Shown piece by piece: positions 60,851-64,000 of a stretch of 64,000 nucleotides of DNA (its first letter is position 1; the number at the start of each line of letters is the position of its first letter). The notes under the pieces were generated by a model. The model had not been told where the DNA came from. It worked only from the letters and a program-made list of their open reading frames with translations, and did no database searches. The translations under genes were made by a program, and so were the position numbers. The stretch is from Chloroflexota bacterium (lineage in GTDB: Bacteria; Chloroflexota; Limnocylindria; P2-11E), in NCBI GenBank assembly GCA_016194865.1, contig JACQAT010000001.1:9457-73456 (forward strand). Reading direction: 5' to 3'.

Positions 60851-61984
60851 CTATTTCCCCTTCGCGATCTGGTCCAGGAGGAGCTTCGACGCGACGCTCA
60901 CCGCGGCGGCGTCATCGGCGGTCACGTCGGGCGGGATGCCCGTGTTGTTGTAGCGCGTACCGGTCTGCGCGCCGACGAACTCCTGCACCACGACGAGCAG
61001 CAGCGAGCCGTCGGACATGTTCGTCTCGCTCGTCGCCCCAAGGCAGCCCGTGCTCTTCTGACCCACCACGGTCGCCCTCTTGTTCTCTTTCAGACCGAGC
61101 GTGAAGACCTCGGGCGAGCTTCCGCCAGCGCCGTTGAGGAGGACCGCGAGCGGGAGCTGGTAGCTCTGCGGCAGGCGGAGATCGGTCTTCGCGGTCACCG
61201 TCCCGCCGGCTCCGTTCTTCAGCTCGATCTTCATGATCGGCTCGCCGTTCAGGAACCAGCTCGTCATCGTCTGTGGCGGATCGCCGCCGTTGTTGCCGCG
61301 CAGATCGAAGAGCCACGCCTTCGCGCCCACCGCGAGCATCGCGTCGAGCGACTTCTTTACCTGCGCCGTCACGTCGTAGGTGCCGGACTTCAGGAACTCG
61401 CGGAACGTGACGTAACCGATGCCCTCCGTCGTCACCTTCGCGGCGAGGCCGACCTCATCGGTGCCCGGTGCGATCGACGTGCCGCCGGCCGGTGGCTGCC
61501 CGCGCGTGCCGCTGACGGACTCGGGGCGCGAGCGGTACAGCTTGCCGTCCTTGCCGCGGTACACGGTGTGGCAGTCGGGGGAAGCGGTGATCATGGAGGC
61601 GATCGCCGCGTCGGCGATCCGGTCGGCCGTGAGCTGCGGGTTCTTCACGGCGAGCGCTTGCGCGGCCTTCTCGAATTTCTTGAACTCCGCGATCACCGGC
61701 TCCTGCACGTCGTCGAAGTCCGGTGTCGGCACGTCGTCCTTGCCGTTCGTCGCCTTGACCTCGGCGCGGATCCCGTCCAGCGCCGCGGTGAGCGCCTTCT
61801 TGCTGGAGACGCGGTGCACGTCGAGGTCGACGAACGCGCTGTACGCGATGTCGAGCTTGCCGCGCTTGATGTCCACCGACGGCGCGGCCGTGGGGCTCGC
61901 GGTGGTGCCCGGCGCCGTGGTGCACGCGGTCGCGAGAACGATGAGGGCGAGGCCGAACGAGCGCAGGCGCATCCGGGCGAGCAT
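60851..61984 (-). CDS. S41 family peptidase-like lipoprotein (paralog)
   Basis: Signal/lipobox LIVLATAC. S41 core has FDLRGNNGG and LLNGAGGSSPEVF. No clear PDZ motif was seen. Confidence 0.7.
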   Translation of the reverse strand: MLARMRLRSFGLALIVLATACTTAPGTTASPTAAPSVDIKRGKLDIAYSAFVDLDVHRVSSKKALTAALDGIRAEVKATNGKDDVPTPDFDDVQEPVIAEFKKFEKAAQALAVKNPQLTADRIADAAIASMITASPDCHTVYRGKDGKLYRSRPESVSGTRGQPPAGGTSIAPGTDEVGLAAKVTTEGIGYVTFREFLKSGTYDVTAQVKKSLDAMLAVGAKAWLFDLRGNNGGDPPQTMTSWFLNGEPIMKIELKNGAGGTVTAKTDLRLPQSYQLPLAVLLNGAGGSSPEVFTLGLKENKRATVVGQKSTGCLGATSETNMSDGSLLLVVVQEFVGAQTGTRYNNTGIPPDVTADDAAAVSVASKLLLDQIAKGK

Positions 61985-61992
61985 AGGCCGCG

Positions 61993-63198
61993 TCAGTCGG
62001 CTGCTGCCGCGCCCTGCAGCTTGTGCTGCGCCTCCCACTCGCCCGGCGACGCGCAGAAGCCCTCGTAGTCGATGTACTCGGTGATGGTCGGGTGCTCGCC
62101 GCACACGGGGCACTTCGGATCCCTGCGCAGCTTGACCTCACGGAACGTCGCGTCGAGCGCGTCGAACAGCAGATAGCGGCCGACGAGCGGCTCGCCGATG
62201 CCGAGGAGCAGCTTCAATGCCTCGTTCGCCTGGATCGTGCCGATGACGCCGGGCAGCACGCCGAGGACACCCGCCTCCGCGCACGATGGCGCGAGCTCCG
62301 GCGGCGGCGGCTGATGGAACAGGCACCGGTAGCACGGCCCCTCGTGCGGCTTGAACACCGTGACCTGCCCCTCGAAGCGGTAGATGGATCCGTGCACCAC
62401 GGGCTTGTTCCACTTCACCGACGCGTCGTTCAGCAGGTAGCGCGTCGGGAAGTTGTCGGCGCCGTCGATGACGACGTCGTAGTCGGCGATGATCCGGTCG
62501 ATGTTCTCCGAGGTGAGCCGCTCGCGATAGCCGACGACCTTCACGTCCGGGTTGAGCGCCTCGAGCGTCTGCTTCGCGGAGTCCACCTTCGGCTCACCGA
62601 GGCGCTCGGTCGAGTGCAGGATCTGGCGCTGCAGGTTCGTCGCGTCGACGACGTCGGAGTCGACGATGCCCAGCGTGCCGACGCCCGCGGCCGCGAGGTA
62701 GTACGCCGCGGGTGAGCCGAGCCCTCCCGCGCCGATGAGCAGCACCTTGCTCCGAAGGAGCGTCTGCTGGCCCTTCTCACCGACCTGGGGGATCAGTAGG
62801 TGGCGGCTGTAGCGCTGCGCCTGCTCGCTGCTGAGGGTCTCGGGCTTCTCCCACTTGAACCCCGAGTCCTTCCAGCGGTTGAAGCCGCCGGCCAGCGAGA
62901 TCACGTTGCGGTAGCCAAGCTTCGCGAGCGTGTCCGCGGCCATGACCGACCGCACGCCGCCCGCGCAATAGAGGATGGTCGTCTTGTTCTTGTCGGGGAG
63001 GCGCTCCTCGGCCCACTGCTCGAGGTAGCTCTTCGGCACGTGGACGGCGCCGGGGATGAACCCCTCGTCCCACTCGTTCTTTTCCCGCACGTCACCGAGC
63101 TGGATGTCGGGCCCAAGGAGCTCGGAGACGCGCTGTGGCGGCTCCTCGTGGACCTTGGCCTTCAGCTGGGCGAAATAGTCGCGATACGTGCTCCCCAT
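61993..63198 (-). CDS. moeB: MoeB/ThiF-type adenylyltransferase with N-terminal rhodanese domain
   Basis: Rhodanese loop ILYCAGGVRS. ThiF nucleotide loop LLIGAGGLGSPAAYYLAAAGVG. Zn site CYRC...CPVC. Confidence 0.85.
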   Translation of the reverse strand: MGSTYRDYFAQLKAKVHEEPPQRVSELLGPDIQLGDVREKNEWDEGFIPGAVHVPKSYLEQWAEERLPDKNKTTILYCAGGVRSVMAADTLAKLGYRNVISLAGGFNRWKDSGFKWEKPETLSSEQAQRYSRHLLIPQVGEKGQQTLLRSKVLLIGAGGLGSPAAYYLAAAGVGTLGIVDSDVVDATNLQRQILHSTERLGEPKVDSAKQTLEALNPDVKVVGYRERLTSENIDRIIADYDVVIDGADNFPTRYLLNDASVKWNKPVVHGSIYRFEGQVTVFKPHEGPCYRCLFHQPPPPELAPSCAEAGVLGVLPGVIGTIQANEALKLLLGIGEPLVGRYLLFDALDATFREVKLRRDPKCPVCGEHPTITEYIDYEGFCASPGEWEAQHKLQGAAAAD

Positions 63199-63289
63199 GG
63201 GCAGAGTCTAAACCTACCGGCTCAGTCGGAAATTCCCTCCGCGGCGACACCGGAGAGTCGGAGATCTCCATGGCGGCGACACTTGAGGG

Positions 63290-63715
63290 GTGCAGGACGT
63301 CGGCTTCGCGTTCATCCAGCTCGGCTACCACCTTGGGCTGGCCGTGATCATCGGCGGCGGCCTGGCGCTCGGCCCGAGCGCAAGCCCGGCGATCCTGCGC
63401 CGCTACGACGGTCTCGCGACGATCGCCGTGGTCGTCGTCTGGATCACGACGTACTTCCGCGCGAGCGGCTTCGAGACGCCGGATGTGACCCACTACATCC
63501 GCTGGGCAGCGCTCGCGCTGATGGGGGTGCTCACGCTGTACGCGACCGCGTGGTCCGGGCCGGTCGCGCGAGCGCTTCAGCAGCAGACGCGCGCGTTCGA
63601 CGAGCTCGCGCCACGGCATCCCGTCAGGCTCGAGGTCCACGCGCTCCACGCACGCGCGCGCCGCGCGCTGGACTGCGCCGTGATCCTCGGCATCGTCGCG
63701 CTCTTCCTGTCCTGA
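63290..63715 (+). CDS. hypothetical 4-TM membrane protein (DUF4149-like)
   Basis: 141-aa ORF with four hydrophobic helices. The family assignment is tentative. Confidence 0.45.
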   Translation: MQDVGFAFIQLGYHLGLAVIIGGGLALGPSASPAILRRYDGLATIAVVVVWITTYFRASGFETPDVTHYIRWAALALMGVLTLYATAWSGPVARALQQQTRAFDELAPRHPVRLEVHALHARARRALDCAVILGIVALFLS

Positions 63716-63719
63716 GCTG

Positions 63720-64000
63720 ATGGATCTCGACGAGGCGCTCGAGAAGCACCGCGCGGAGATCACGAAGAAGCACCGCGTGCGCAACGCCGACGCGCTGGTC
63801 AAGCTCGTCGACGACGTCGGCTTCTGCTTCGCGTTCACCCTGCGCACCGGTGACGCTCCGCTCCCGGCGTGCTTCGATCACCTCTCGACCACCGACCAAG
63901 GACGCAAGTGGGGCTGGATGTGGGAGTGGAAGGACGAGCTGTCCGAAGCGAAGCGCGTGTACTACGGCACGTTCCTCGTGCGGAAGCCGACATTCGTCTC
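63720..64000 (+). CDS. partial CDS (5' end), hypothetical protein
   Basis: ATG 63720 opens a frame (MDLDEALEKHRAEITKKHRVRNADALVKLVDDVGFCFAF...) that stays open to the window end, with G/C-rich third positions. Confidence 0.5.
   Translation, partial: MDLDEALEKHRAEITKKHRVRNADALVKLVDDVGFCFAFTLRTGDAPLPACFDHLSTTDQGRKWGWMWEWKDELSEAKRVYYGTFLVRKPTFV

Noticed and set aside
1-64000. CRISPR arrays, tRNA/rRNA genes, insertion sequences, integrases, prophage genes.
   Set aside because: No spaced direct-repeat array and no tRNA T-loop/acceptor patterns were seen in the intergenic gaps. There is no transposase- or integrase-like ORF. The only repeats found are the 68-nt pair, the 15-bp x3 tandem and the vapB palindromes.

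Overview
Very GC-rich bacterial chromosomal segment; third codon positions are almost always G/C. About 70 tightly packed genes, many joined by 1-8 nt start/stop overlaps (ATGA, GTGA, TGATG). I saw no rRNA, tRNA, CRISPR array, transposase or integrase. The long Arg/Ala/Pro-rich ORFs in the track are mostly antisense or off-frame shadows of the real genes.

Content, left to right:
- A LysR-controlled synthase / aconitase-like isomerase / methylisocitrate-lyase-like cluster, next to a DAHP synthase and a vapBC cassette.
- An orphan E1-alpha and a binding lipoprotein.
- A TPP riboswitch driving a ykoF-E-D-C type HMP/thiamine ECF importer.
- A cation antiporter, hbd, and a SIMPL protein.
- Two xanthine-dehydrogenase-family molybdoenzyme loci. 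One is PaoABC-like. The other is HcrCAB-like, with XdhC, a MocA-like protein and IclR, beside a decayed aryl-CoA-ligase pseudogene.
- A DNA alkylation/crosslink-repair neighbourhood: AlkZ/YcaQ-like glycosylase, ECF sigma overlapping ogt, and an ERCC4-type nuclease.
- A HEPN/MNT toxin-antitoxin pair.
- Three ECF sigma modules, two two-component systems, ABC transporters, two S41 peptidases and a rhodanese-MoeB fusion.

Most notable observations:
- An in-frame UGA at the redox-Cys position of a ResA/TlpA-like protein, with a SECIS-like hairpin downstream (candidate selenoprotein).
- That gene is translationally coupled to an unusual three-domain ERCC4 nuclease.
- An in-frame amber codon in an otherwise intact fused aconitase-family gene.
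- A 68-nt two-hairpin intergenic repeat present twice in opposite orientation.
- Several genes whose conserved N-termini lie upstream of any ATG/GTG/TTG.

All family calls rest on motif recognition by eye. No database search was run.
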